DNA of 64,000 nucleotides. It comes from Callorhinchus milii (taxonomy: Eukaryota). The DNA lies in the NCBI RefSeq assembly GCF_018977255.1, contig NW_024704742.1:42720001-42784000 (forward strand). The letters are read 5' to 3'. Positions 51,268 to 63,985 of the stretch are shown here, in pieces; the stretch's first letter is position 1, and every line of letters begins with the position of its first letter. Position numbers and translations under genes: made by a program. The notes below the pieces were generated by a model. The model was not told where the DNA came from. It was given only the letters and a program-made list of their open reading frames with translations, and searched no databases.

Positions 51268-51593
51268 GTGGAGTCCTGTAGCTCAGTGGTTAGAGCACTC
51301 GCTTTGCAAGTGAGAGACCTGAGTTCAATTCCAGACAGGGCGAAACCTTGGGCAAGTTTCCTTACTCCACACAGAGCCTAATAATAATCCCTCCAAAACC
51401 AAAAACAATAATAAATTGGTCATTTTCAATCTACGACTGTTTGTGGGACATTGCTGTGCGCAATTGGCTGCCGCGTTCGCCCACAAATATACAGTCAATT
51501 CACTTTACAGTGTGTTCTGTGAAGCGCTTTGGGACGTCCTCCCGACGTGAAAAGCGCTATATCAAATGCAAGGATTATTATTATTATTATTAT
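51268..51593 (+). mobile_element. Full-length young tRNA-Ala-type SINE inserted into a CR1 3' end (~51143-51263, minus)
   Basis: Complete head, core and tail; flanking atagt duplication; the CR1 3'UTR resumes after the tail. Confidence 0.96.
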
Positions 51594-51635
51594 AGTCCTA
51601 CAAATATTTTCTCCCCAAATAATTATCTAATAATT

Positions 51636-51915
51636 AACAACAACAACAAGATTCCATTTATAGAGCAACTTTCACATCGGGAGGACGTCCCAAGGCGCTG
51701 GACAGTTGGGTCAGGAACCGAGCCTTGGGGGGAAAATGGTCAGGGTGAGGGGAGGGAAGGGAGGGAGCGAGGAGGGGGGAAATGGTCAGGGTGAGGGGAG
51801 GGAAGGAAGGGAGCGAGGAGGGGCGAAATGGTGAGGGGAGGGAAGGGAGGGAGCGAGGAGGTGGTAGAGAGTCGAGAGGGGAGCTGAAGGCATGGTCAAA
51901 GAGAAAGGTCTTGAG
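51636..51915 (-). mobile_element. L2 3' end with a triplicated ~45-bp purine-rich segment
   Basis: gaaatggt(cagggt)gaggggagggaagggagggagcgaggag occurs three times. Confidence 0.93.
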
Positions 51916-52619
51916 AAATAACTTGTGAAATAGGAGTTCTAGCCTGATGAATAGGGCACTAGCAGAAGGTTGTAGGACCTCCAATGAGGAGATGGAGAAG
52001 GTGGAGTAGAAAGTTTCATTGTATTATCCTTCCAGAATACCAGCTCTAAGATCAAATTTAGTGATTATCTCTTCTGGTTACAGTTATCGGCAGCTGCACC
52101 ATTTTAAATGCCACTTATCAAAAATATTCAGACTTGTAGCATCAACTATTGCACAGATATTTTCTAACATGGCTAGATAACGAGTTAAAGTGCAACAATT
52201 TACTGGCACATTTCCTTTCTATTTCAATTAGGTTGTAATTCAATCATGATTCAAAAAATCACTTATTTAGGTAACGGAAGTAATGTCCCTAATTGTAAGG
52301 CTTTCTGCTGAGATACTATGGACTTCAAAACATTCATCAGTCACCAGTCTCTAGCACACAGAGAGAGAGAGAGAGAAATCAACAGCTATTATTGGTAATG
52401 TGTTCAATCTGGTCTGAAAGAAAACATTCAGCTTTTATTCGTCTCTTTAACTATTTAATGCTAAATACAATCCTATTAATGAACTAAAGTTGGTTAACTG
52501 TTCTCATTAAATTCGGATATCAAGGGTGCAAGCACATTTAGCAACAACAGTTCAGAACAATTACAGCAAACATAAACACAAGCAGGGAGAAACGTCACCT
52601 GGATCCACATTTGCACTAA

Positions 52620-52737
52620 CATTTTCACCCACAAAATATACAGTCAATCCACTTTACAGTGTATTCTGTGAAGTGCTTTGAGATGTTTTTTAGCGTGTTA
52701 AGGCACTATATCAAATACAATGATTATTATTATTATT
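52620..52737 (+). mobile_element. SINE 3' tail
   Basis: cccacaaaatatacagtcaatccactttacag...(TAT)n. Confidence 0.85.
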
Positions 52738-53041
52738 TAGCAATTTGTTGAACTGAATCTTAACTTTGAAGTTTTTTTTGTAAGTTCCTATATAAAACTG
52801 GCTTCAAAATCAAGAGTTGTAAATTTGCCAATTTTTGGCACTCTAAAATGCTGAGAAAATAGAGTAAATCTAGGCCAAGTGGAATTTCTCCCGAATGATG
52901 TCTGCTGTTTCTGGCGGGTTTAGATGTACAATCACTCTGCACAATCTTGAAAACCTCCATCAGATCACTTTGTAATCTTTTCAGCTCTCGTGAACCGCCC
53001 CCCACTCCCACCCACCTTCTCAGGTCCCTTCAAAATTTTTA

Positions 53042-54178
53042 CATAGAATTACATATAATATACAGCACAGAAACAGGCCATTTGGCCCAACTGGTCTATA
53101 CCGGTGTTTATGCTCCACATGAGCCTCTTCCTGTCTTTCCTCAACTAAGTTTATCAGCCTAATCTTCTATTCCTTTCTCCCTCATGTACTTATCTGGCTT
53201 CCCCTTAAATGCATCTATTTTGTTTGCCTCAAGTACTCCTTGTGGTAGTAAGTTCCACATTTCCACCACTCCCTGGGTAAAGAAATTCCTTCTGACTTCC
53301 CTATTTGATTTATTGGTGACTATCTTACAGTCATGGCCCCTGGTTTTGGTCTCTTCCACAAGTGGAAACTTCTCTATGTCTACCCTGTTAAAACCTTCCA
53401 TAATTTTAAAGACCTCTATTAGGTCACCCCCTCACCCTTCTCTTTTCAAGAGAAAAGAGTCCTAGCTTGTTCAACCTTTCATGATAGGTATAAACTTGCA
53501 GTTCCGATATCATCCTTGTAAATCTCCTTTGCACCTTCTCCAGTGCCTCTATATCCTTTCGATAATATGGGGACCAGAGCTGTACACAGTACTCCAAGTG
53601 TCTAACCAAGGTTCGATATAAGTTCAGCATAACTTCCCTGTTTTTCATTTCTATCCCATAGAAATGAACCCCAACACTTGTGGGGGGTTTTATGGCCTTA
53701 TTAACCTGTATCGCTACTATTAGCGATTTGTGTATCTGTACACCTGGATCCCCTTGCTTCCTTACCCCATTTAGATTCTTATTTTCCAGGCAGTACGCGA
53801 CCTCCTTACTCCTCCTACCAAAATGTACCACCTCCCACTTATCTATATTGAAGTTCATTTGCCAATTAAATGCCCATTCAGCAAGTTTATTAATGTCTTG
53901 TAATTTGTTGCAGTTCTCCTCAGTATTAACTACATCCCACAATTTGGTGTCAGCGGCAAATTTTGAAATTGTACTTTCGATCCCGAGACCAAATTGTTAA
54001 TGTAAATTGTGAAGAACTAATCGGTTCCAATACCGATCCTTGTGAAACACCACTGCCCATCCTCTGCCAGTCTGAGTAGCTACCCTTTACCCCTACTCTC
54101 TGTTTTCTGTCTTGTAGCCAGCTTGCTATCCATTCTACTACTTTTCACCTGACTCCACATGCTGTGACCTTATTCATT
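53042..54178 (-). mobile_element. CR1 LINE, ~1.1 kb with RT C-terminus
   Basis: KFAADTKL (decayed KFADDTKL), WQMNFNIDKW, LYRTLVRHLEYCVQLWSPY, TRGH..RRNFFTQGVVEMWNLLP. Confidence 0.96.
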
Positions 54179-54782
54179 AAATAAGGTGTTGAACCAATAA
54201 GCCATATTGTCCCACTGAGAACCAGGTTACCTCTATTAAACAAAACTTTGCTAAATACATACCTTCATTACTCTCATTAGATCATAATACATTTTATTAT
54301 GACTCGATCTGAAGTAGGTACACAGTAATTTATTTCTGATTATGGCCAAATATCTAATGAAAGAGATAGACAAAATATATTACAGTCATCCCATTAATTA
54401 GTTTTAGAAAACCTGCGAAAATCTGAGTATAGGTCAATGAATCCTATGCTAAAGCAACTGGGATTACATTTTTTAATTTTCATATGCCACTTTGAAAAAT
54501 TCCGAACATTAATACTAGAAATTATTTGAGCGGGTGTTGAAGAGGGTCATGGAAGATCATGGATAATTATACATGCTTATTGGTTTTCTAGGATTTGTGC
54601 ACTCTTACAGTTCCTGAGTCAAATAATGTGATAGCCATGGTTTACAGTTATTAGACAGTTTAGCAATATCCAGATTTGGTACGCAATTTTATTATGCACA
54701 GTGGTGATGAACCATGAACCACTATAGCCATTTTACTTCAAAGTTTGTTTGTTTCACTTGAAGTGAGAAATTCCTACTGTAG

Positions 54783-54905
54783 ATGTCAGCCTGGCTCAGT
54801 TGGTGTAAATTATACAGTCACTACACCTTACAGTAAGATCAGGTTAGGCACTTTAAGATGTCCTCTTAATGTGAAAGGCACAGTATCAAATGCAAAGATT
54901 ATTAT
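54783..54905 (+). mobile_element. Internally deleted SINE (head joined to tail)
   Basis: tgtcagcctggctcagttggt followed directly by atacagtcactacac...tatcaaatgcaaagattatt. Confidence 0.65.
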
Positions 54906-55399
54906 GAAACTTCTCTGCCTTGTGAGGAAATTTCCTCCCTAGAGTTCTATTGTAGCACAGTCATGGTAAGAATTACAATCAATATTTAATTAACTGAACA
55001 ATATTATTATTTGGTGTCTTGAATGTTGATTTCACAATCCTGAATAAAATCACTTTGCATTACACCAGAATTCTGCCACCTACAAATCACTTCATGCCCC
55101 TTACCTCTCTGACTTGCTTACACCCCACTCTTCCATTCACCCCCTTTAATGAGCTGACTCTAGCTTCCTGCCCGTTCCTCACTCCCTCCGTTCCACCATC
55201 GGCAGTTGTGCTTCCAGCCATTACGCCCCAAAGCACATTACTGCAGTCCTTGGCCTGCCTTTTTTCAGGTGCAGATTGATCTGCCGTGTGTTTCTGTTTT
55301 TTTTTTAGGAGCAATAATTGGGCCTTAAAAGTTTTGTTAGTTTAGAATTTATTTGTAGGACCCGAAAAAGGTTCAACTGACTCTAGAAATCTATAATAG

Positions 55400-55796
55400 T
55401 ATAATAATCCGTGCATTTGATATTGCTCCTTTCCTGGATTTACTGTGGAGTTATTGTGTACTTGTGGACAAACGCAGCAGCAATTTGCATACAGCAATGC
55501 CTCACATCAGCCATGTAGTGAACGACTAATTTATTTGAGGAATGTTGGCCAGCACACTGGGAGAAATTCCCTTCCCTTTTCGAATAGTGCCATGGCATCT
55601 TTAACATTCACGTGAACAGGCAGACATCAGTTAAAGATCGCATTCGAAGGCTGGCACCCCGACAATGCAGTGTAACACCCAGCACTGCATTGCAGTGTCA
55701 TCTTAGACTATGTGAGTTCAAATCCCGATGTGAGAATTGAACCGACAGCATTCTGACTCAGAGGTGAGAGTGCTGCCACTGAGCCAGGCTGACACT
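55400..55796 (-). mobile_element. SacSINE1-like SINE
   Basis: Tail through head gccactgagccaggctgacac. Confidence 0.88.
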
Positions 55797-55952
55797 CTGT
55801 TTTTCTGGTCTGCTGCTCAATCCTCACTCCCTCTATCCCACAGTCAGAGGCCAGGCTTTCAGCCGCTAATGCTACAGCTCCATGAAACTCTCTCCTAAAA
55901 TCCATTTGCCTTCTCTCCCAGAATATCTCTATGTCTGTACTTTGGTCATTAC

Positions 55953-56486
55953 CTGGGCCAAAAGAAAAGTGAGTCCACACTTTTTCCGCAGAATCCACTA
56001 CGAACGCTCCTCTGCTACAAACACCCCACTCCATTACAAACCTGTACACATAGTGTGCTAGGCCCTGGGTGTCTCGCACTGTTTGCTCGACGCTACTACT
56101 GTGTGCAGAGCGGCTCCGGTCGCATGTGCGCGGGGTTTGTTGGGATCGCGGAAGCGGCGCGAGAGGGTAATTGGCTTTGCCAGCTAGTGAGTGTACCACA
56201 ATAGAATTACCAGCTTGCGTGACACTACTGCTGTCTATTTGCTAAACCCCAGCCTAAACTGAGCTCCTGCAAATAATTCTTGATAAGTGCTGTACTATTC
56301 AAATTAGCATTTTTAGTATTTTAAACAGAACTACATGTTTAATTTTTATCAATAAAGTGAAAACATGTAGGTTAACAGCATAATGCGTCTTTCAATAGCA
56401 CCAATCTACCCTCCGCAATTTTCCGCAAAACTTTTCACACTTCTCTGCATTTTGGCCAATATTTCCGCAGTTTTCTATCAGCCCAG
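55953..56486. mobile_element. Non-autonomous TIR DNA transposon, hAT-like (8-bp TSD GTCATTAC)
   Basis: Perfect TSD at 55945-55952 and 56487-56494; imperfect TIR ctgggccaaaagaaaagtg / ctgggctgatagaaaactg; repeated subterminal TCCGCA; inserted into an old L2. Confidence 0.85.
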
Positions 56487-59389
56487 GTCATTACCCCAAA
56501 GTCCCATTCATTTGCTCCACACTTGGTGATTTCCATCCGCCTTGAAAAACACTGAGAGATATTTACCCTACGTTATCGGTGCAGAATTTTTTAGCGTTCA
56601 ATTCACAAAATAAATAGCACAGGAGCACAAATAGCACAGGAATGCTGGAGACTCATGTGGAGTATAAAAACTGTGTGGATTATTTGGACCAAACTTGTGC
56701 TGTAATTCTGTATGTAAGTTAACCGTAGTTTTTGTTGGAGTAGTTTTAAGTTGAAGTTAAAACAAGCAATTTACTGACCCGTTCCTACTGAATAAGAATA
56801 GCAGAAACAGGAAAAGAGATTGGGCGCAAAGCTGCCTCATATTCTTGTGCTACTCCAGGCTGATGCAACCATTATTTGGGTTACAGCCAAAGTGTCAAAC
56901 CTTTCACCCAGACATCATCATTTCATGCATTTTAGCTGCATATCATATGTAAAATTATATTGTTATTTTTTCCATGCACGTGCAGAAATAATTGCCAGAA
57001 ATCTTTTAGAAACAAAGGACTAGGACTCTTAAGCACTGCCGTATGAATAATGCTCTTTATCAAACCAGCATAATTGTTCTCTCCCCTTCAAAAACCTGTA
57101 AGCAACATCTCTCGAATACAAAGGAACGCAAAGATCAATAGCAATAAGCTAAATGCTGACTACATTACACTATATTCTGGTCTTGCTTGGATCTGTGGAA
57201 GTGAATACAAATGACTCACAAATTCTAAAATAAATAGGACATGCAATATTTTCACTCATGAGCAGATTGACAAAGGCCATTTGCAAGTTGATAGTGCATA
57301 AGTTATCCAGTTGCACCATTAAATTATTTGCTATATTCATTTCTCCCCTGATGCACTTACTCTACCAGTGCAGATCAAGAGAACTGTGTAATTATCATTA
57401 AACCAAAACATAACATAAATAAGGAACATAGATTGTTTAAAATAGATTGAATGAAATGAATGACTTAATCTATCAAATCTTTCTTTAAGTATCTCTGCAT
57501 TTAGGTTTTGTCATATTTAATAAACATGCTACTTTTAATCCACAAGGTGGAGCTGGAGTCTACCAATAGTGATACAGCCAATACACTACATAAAGAAAAA
57601 CAATCTATGCACATCTGGAACTGCATGGTTTATATTCATCTCGATGCCAACTCCTGAATTCATAACAGAAGAATAATAAAAACTGAGCAATTAACTGCGA
57701 GAGCATCCTTAATAATGAATACCCCTAACCTGTAATTAAAGGGGAGGGGGAAACTATGTAATATTAGTGGATTGAATATTCATTCTTGTCAACTATACAA
57801 TTGGTGATCTGTAAAGAATACAAATTTCAGCAGGATTGTGGCCCGCTTTGGTTCTTTAATATTTGTTTTACATGGATGATCACTGAAGACAGGTAGAGAA
57901 TTTATTTCAGCTGCAAGCTCAATGACACCTGGAGAGACTTGAACATCTTCACAGTGCTGAGTTAACGATACACAAAAGGCTTCAATATCATGACTTACTG
58001 CAGCACCAAAGCTCTTAAAAAAACAATAAATTATAATGAAGTATCATGCTATTTAACATCATTATTTTGTAACTAATTGTAATGTTAACTTCACACAATA
58101 TGAACATTTGCCTTCCTTTGCAAAAAGAATTCTGTTGTCTGTTTTGCTTTTAAAAAAAACTCCCAGAGTAAAATAGATTTTTTAATTGCACAAATATCTA
58201 AACAAATGGGGTAAAGGGATCAAGTTAAGCAGAAGCCATCTCTAACTTCTTGTAACCCGGCGAAAGTCTTTGAAGTACTTTTTGTTTTAAACTTTGATAA
58301 ACGCTTGGATAACGACAAAAGTGAATGAAATTGGGTTGTGGAAGGCTACTATCTATAGCATTTTCTATGATACATGAGTACAAGATGGTATTTTTAAAAA
58401 TCTACAACTATTACAACAGATGGAATGATAAAAGGTCATTTGGTCCATCAACGTAATTCCATGCATAATGTTTGTTGTCACGGACTCAATTCAAACAGCT
58501 TAATTCTTGAGCTAGGTGGCCAAGAACAGGTTGCATTTCCAAGAGATAAATATTGACTAAAGTTCTCTGATGCCCTGGAAGTAATGTGCAAAAAAAACAG
58601 ATTATCAGTCTACACTACAACTCATACTGTTCAGCTCCAGTTACCGGTGTTCTCACGAGGAAACTGCTATAATTTCAGCAGAACAGAAGCCATCGCACCC
58701 TTTTTCATATTTTATCATTTCATCTTGAATTTTATTCATTATCCTCGATCTGATTTGAACAAGTACGAAAGTAGATCTTTTGTTTTCAATTGGACACACC
58801 ACTGACTGCTTTCATCTATTATCTGTTAATCTTGTATTCATGTTTGCTTCCTATGCTTACACACCATTCAATTTTCAATACTCTGATCATCTCTCAAATG
58901 AAAATAAATTCAGTTCCATGAGCTTCTCTTCAGAATTTAGAATCAAAAGATCTACAAATATCGCTGGTGCAGTTTGAACTTTCTAAAATGTAATAACATC
59001 CTCTCTGAAAGTAAACTGCATATAGTTGCATGAATATTCCAAATATTTCAGTTTATTCTATTAATGCCCACTCCAACATTGCCTGCACATTCTGGGAATG
59101 TCATGCAAAAGTGACAGTAGGATTTAATACCTGAATCAGCAATATTGTACTGACTTGGACTGTAGTAACCAAGTCACTGTTTTAGAATTATTGATGGACA
59201 TGATTTACCTACATTGTATTGACATTTTATGTCCTCTATCACATCCAGTTAGGACTGGATTTTATTCCACTCTTTCATACATATTCATCTGAGAATATTT
59301 CAAGGAATTTCAAAATGTGCCCTTGATGGAAAATGCTTGATTAAAATAGGCTTGTCTCCCTTACAATATGCCTTTAACTTTTTTATATT

Positions 59390-59720
59390 ATTTTTCCTTC
59401 TCTCCTGAAGGTGCTGCTGGGTATGCAATCAGACAGACCTCTAGTACTTCACAAAAGTGATGTTTACATTTGAACCCAGACAGTGACAATTAGAGGGCTA
59501 TTGGAAGGGCAGTCAAAGTCTAAGTGTTTTCTCATCCCCGGTCACAAAGTCACTGTCTAGAGGTAGGAATTCTGGTCGAGTTTGCCCTCCCTAGGCCTGT
59601 GGTGCTGAAGATAATTTAAATCCCCAAATTGCTTCTCAATCTGAGATCAGGGTCTTAGCACATTGGGTATCAAACTTGCAATCATCTTATGTTATGCCAG
59701 CTAGTGCCTTTACCTGTTAG
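59390..59720 (-). mobile_element. Ancient LF-SINE-like shark SINE
   Basis: ccttctctcctgaaggtgctg...ctctagtacttcac...gaacccagacagtga...ccctccctagg...ctgagatcag. Confidence 0.6.
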
Positions 59721-59790
59721 GTTGTTTGGCGGAAGCTAACTAATAACTCTTTATAAATTGTACAGTGTTTATTAAATCTTCCTCTCTTTA

Positions 59791-60002
59791 GGGTAGAAAT
59801 TTCATCTGGGTCTATATTTACTCTGGTCTCTTACAATTTTAGAATGACTAGAATGTGTCAAATTCTTAAATACAGCCATTCTTTCCAGAACTACAGAAAA
59901 TGGCTTCAAAGTTAATACTGAATTGAACACAATTTGCCACATTCTGCACACTTTGAAATGCTAAGAATATAGAAGAAATCTAAACCCAGGTGGAATTTCG
60001 CC
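59791..60002. mobile_element. Harbinger/Tourist-like hairpin MITE
   Basis: Follows TTA and starts gggtagaaatttcatctgggtc; ends aaacccaggtggaatttcgcc; ~75-bp imperfect arms. A right-half relative lies at ~52790-52893. Confidence 0.7.
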
Positions 60003-61391
60003 TTTTCTGTGCCTTCTCAGACTACATACTATTCGCCAAGCAAATGATCTCTTCACAAGTGCTGCATCTGTTCCATCTACATGACAATGCATAAAAGTAG
60101 CCTGAGATTGTCCGCTCATTGATTTTCCCTCCTTCTATTTAGCACCTCATCTGATAGCTTGAATGTGTTCAGCAACTGAGAATGGAGAAAATTGTCAGCC
60201 TGAATCTGTGCGGCATCATTCTTTAGTATAGGCCATTGGGGGACCAATCTTGTGGCAACAATAGATACATTGAAAACCATTCATCTCAGAATTTCATTGC
60301 TCAGCTAATGTTAATATAATATATACCATCACTTTTCTGGGTATGATAGATTGCTTATTTTTAAGCAACTTCACTTAATGTGTGACATTAAGAAAATTCA
60401 ATTTCTGAATCAGAAAGATATCAGAACGGTTTGCCAAAAAATATGCTATGTGTCTTGTGATGATTTAAACTATTATACTTACACTAGAATCCAATTTGAA
60501 ACCATTCTAAAAGGCAATAATAAAATAATTTCATTTGTTCACTCAGCGACAAGCACTGCAGCTGCTCATTAGAAGCTGGTCATTTATCACACAAATTGTT
60601 TTACACAGACACTCAGGAAACATATTGCTAAGTGCTCTGCATTTTGTATTTTACATCAGCTTGACCCTATGCATTGTGCATATTTCTACCTTACAAATGA
60701 GAAAAATATACGACTGCAATGAAACCACATTTTCTCAAGGGGACTTTACACCTTGCAGTTTGAATGAGGTTGTACCCAATCGAAAACAACAACTAATGTA
60801 CTTGCATTTATGACACAACAACAACTTGCATTTATATACAGTAAGCTTCAAGGTCGTTAAGTGCTTATGCGGTGAAGGATCCCTATCACTCTCCACGTGA
60901 TCAGGCATTCCTCGCCACCTCCACATGATTAGATGATGCTCTTTCCTCTCTCGGTCCCCCCCTTACCCCGTTGCTGTATGTGATGCCGTTGATGTTACAC
61001 CCCGGGTCGGACGACGAGGAGAGTGTCAAGGTGTGAATGTGAGGTGTTCCGTTTGAGGTAGGTGCAGGAAACTAAGTTTTGACCCAGCAGCTGCTAAGTG
61101 CAGCACTGGCGTTACGAGTTACACAATTATTAACACAGCTAATGCAAATAAATTTAAATGATTTAATAGGAAATTCAATGGGACTTGGGAGATGTATGAG
61201 TTAGGTGATTATATGGATTATACAGATCAGATTTATGTAAGCTTTCCTGTAGCTCCCTTCATTCAAGTATATAAAAACATAAAGGGATCTGTCTTGAATT
61301 AGGCTATTTCGGGCATGACTTTTTAATTTGGCTCAATTCAGGTTTAGATGCATTTTGTTCCAAATCATGGTTGTGTGCGTGAGATGGGGCA

Positions 61392-61885
61392 TATTATAAT
61401 ATAGTAATAATCTGTGCATTTGATATAGTGTTTTTCACATCTTCTAGATGTCTCAAAGCACTTCATAGAATATACTGTAAAGTGTAGTGACTGTATATTT
61501 GTGGAAACGCAGCAACAACAACAACAACAAGATTTCATTTATAGAGCGCCTTTCACGTCAGAAGGACAGTTGGGTCGGGACCCGAGCAGGGGGGAAATGG
61601 TCAGGGGAGGGAAGGGAGGAAGCGAGGAGGGGATAGAGAGTGGAGAGGGGAGCTGAAGGCACGGTTGAAGAGACTGCTGTGTGCAGTCAATTGCACACAG
61701 CAGTGTCCCACAAACACTCATGGATTGAGTGACCAAATTATTATTATTTATTTATTATAGTTTTTATTTTGTTTCTTGAGGGATTATTATCAGGGGTGTG
61801 GAGTAAGGAAACTTGCCCAAGGTTTCGCCTGCTGGGAATCGAACCCAAGTCTCTCGCTTGCAAGGTGAGTGCTCTAACCACTGTC
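61392..61885 (-). mobile_element. tRNA-Ala-type SINE with a nested, internally deleted L2 3' end (~61512-61675)
   Basis: SINE tail and body flank (AAC)n gatttcatttatagagcgcc...ggcacggttgaagaga. Confidence 0.9.
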
Positions 61886-63714
61886 TGGAGACAGGATTGA
61901 AATTAATTTATGTCCGTGCATCACCATTTTCAATGTCTCTTTTAGACAATATAAGGGGATCAAAATGTTCAAGCTACAGACATTAGAAACATTTCCATCT
62001 ACCCCCCTTGTTGTAAGTGATCAGGTGATGGTCTGTAAAGCTATTTTATCTTAAAATTCAGGATCTCTCAGAATTATGGAAGATTCTTACATTTTGAAAC
62101 CCATTCTATTTTTAAAAGCTTGCAGAAAAACAGATTCCAAATCAAAACTCAATTTAAGAATTTTCCACCTTTCTGAACCATTGTAAATTTAAAGGACAAT
62201 TTGGCCTTACAGGCTATGACGAGTGTCTTAAAATTCAGGATTGAATGGAATTTTGGAACACAATCTTAAGTATAGTCTTCATTTGGAAACCAATTTTCCA
62301 TAGTACTCAAAAAAGAAAATTGGTTAAATTGCTGCAAATTAGCTTTCAGACAAAGAATGAATTCAAGATTGCTTTCCAAAGTTCTACACAATCTTTTCAA
62401 TTTCCAGTCAAATATTTGGTTCATAGCAGATAATGTAGCTTGCTGTTATTTCCCACATATAATTGCGGTTATCTTGACATAGAAGGCTTAAAAAGTACAG
62501 CTTTAAAATAAGTTTGTACTTTATTGAATTCAATCTAAATATACAAGGCAAAAGGGTCACAGAGATGATATCGACAGTTCACTTATATAAATTATATAAA
62601 TCTGAGATAGCCACTGGATGTAAGCTAATTAAAGTGGCGTGTCAGAACTGAAGTGGTAATTGGTCTTGTCAACTGAATTGTACCTCTGATAAAATTCCAC
62701 TAGACTTAAAACAAACAAATCATGCCAAATCCACCAGAAGGTACAGTTATTCAATTCATCAAACCACCCACATTTTTCAAGCAACAACTTTCTCTTCATG
62801 GACACTTTCATGCAACCGTGTCTCAATGTCAGCACACAAAGTCAGGATTGGCACTGGCTCTGCTTTGTGTGCCTGGACACACAATTACCAATCAACAAAA
62901 TGTGAGATTGGACAGTGCATCGCTTTCAGAGTTCAGCATTAGCTAAGCTCACAGGAGAGCCCACCAATGAAAAACACACAGCATTAAACACTCCTGAAAA
63001 GACAAAACAAATGATATTTCACAGAAAATGAAAGTTGTTACTTTTAAAGCAAACAAAAACCTCACTATCGCATGAAAGACTCCTCCACAAACTGTAGTCA
63101 CTGGGTATCAAGGGTACGTCATGGGCGTGGTTTCAGAATTTTTTTTTCATATTTTTTGTTATATCCTATGAATGATGCAAATGATTAATCTATCAAAAGC
63201 AGCAGTGTTTATACTTTAAATGAGAACTCCACTCATCCTAATCCTCTCACATTAACCCTCCCACATACCCCTCTATTGCTTTCTCTCATTTTGCAGGTTT
63301 TGGTGCTATAAGTAAGGATCATGCTATAATAAATACAAGTAAGCTTAAAATACATTTTGTTAAACGCTAGAAGCTTGAAAAATAAAACAAGTTTTATGAA
63401 ACAATGACACTGGATCCGATCAATGAAATTAAACGGCTGAAAGAAAAGCTACGCTCTAGGGCTGGGCCGAAAAATCTATTAAAACAATGATCTGATTTAG
63501 GAATCTGGCATCAGGTACACTATTCTTATGCTGCTCATGCTTGCTTGAACATGCAGCTTTACTTTTTATTTCCTCACTTTTTAAAGTTGTTTCTATATCC
63601 TCTTAAGCGCTATATCAAAAGCAAGGATTATTATTATTATTATTAACAGGGACTTTTTGTTCAGTAAGGTGTGTCTGATAATGCGAGAAACTATTGGAAA
63701 GATTATTCAAACCA

Positions 63715-63865
63715 ACAGGAAACAGCAATAAATTATATTTGTATAGCACCTTTCTCGTCGGGAGGACATCTCAAGACACTGGACAGTTAGGGATTTGGAC
63801 CCGAGTAGGGGGTTGGAATTAGGAGGGGTGGAGGGCAAAGAGAGTAGGGATAGGAGGATGACCAA
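63715..63865 (-). mobile_element. L2 3' end
   Basis: gcacctttctcgtcgggaggacatc...ggacccgagtaggggg. Confidence 0.85.
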
Positions 63866-63985
63866 AACCAGACAGAGTTCCACATATGTATGCCACCTAT
63901 ACATGGAAATTTTCCTTAGTCTGCAATGGAATGCGGACTCTCCCTGGAGAAATGTACCCTGCTTACCTAATTCCAGAAAGGACTG
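63862..63985 (-). mobile_element. Unclassified retroposon fragment
   Basis: ccacctatacatggaaatt...atggaatgcggactctccctggag...cctgcttacctaattccagaaag matches 30750-30872. Confidence 0.7.

Noticed and set aside
51268..51345. tRNA-Ala(TGC)-like sequence (also at ~15355-15432 and ~24251)
   Set aside because: It is the SINE head: it continues into the SINE body and lacks a paired acceptor stem.
55708..56199. 163-aa ORF
   Set aside because: It spans a SINE head, an L2 remnant and a DNA-transposon end, so it is a chance frame.
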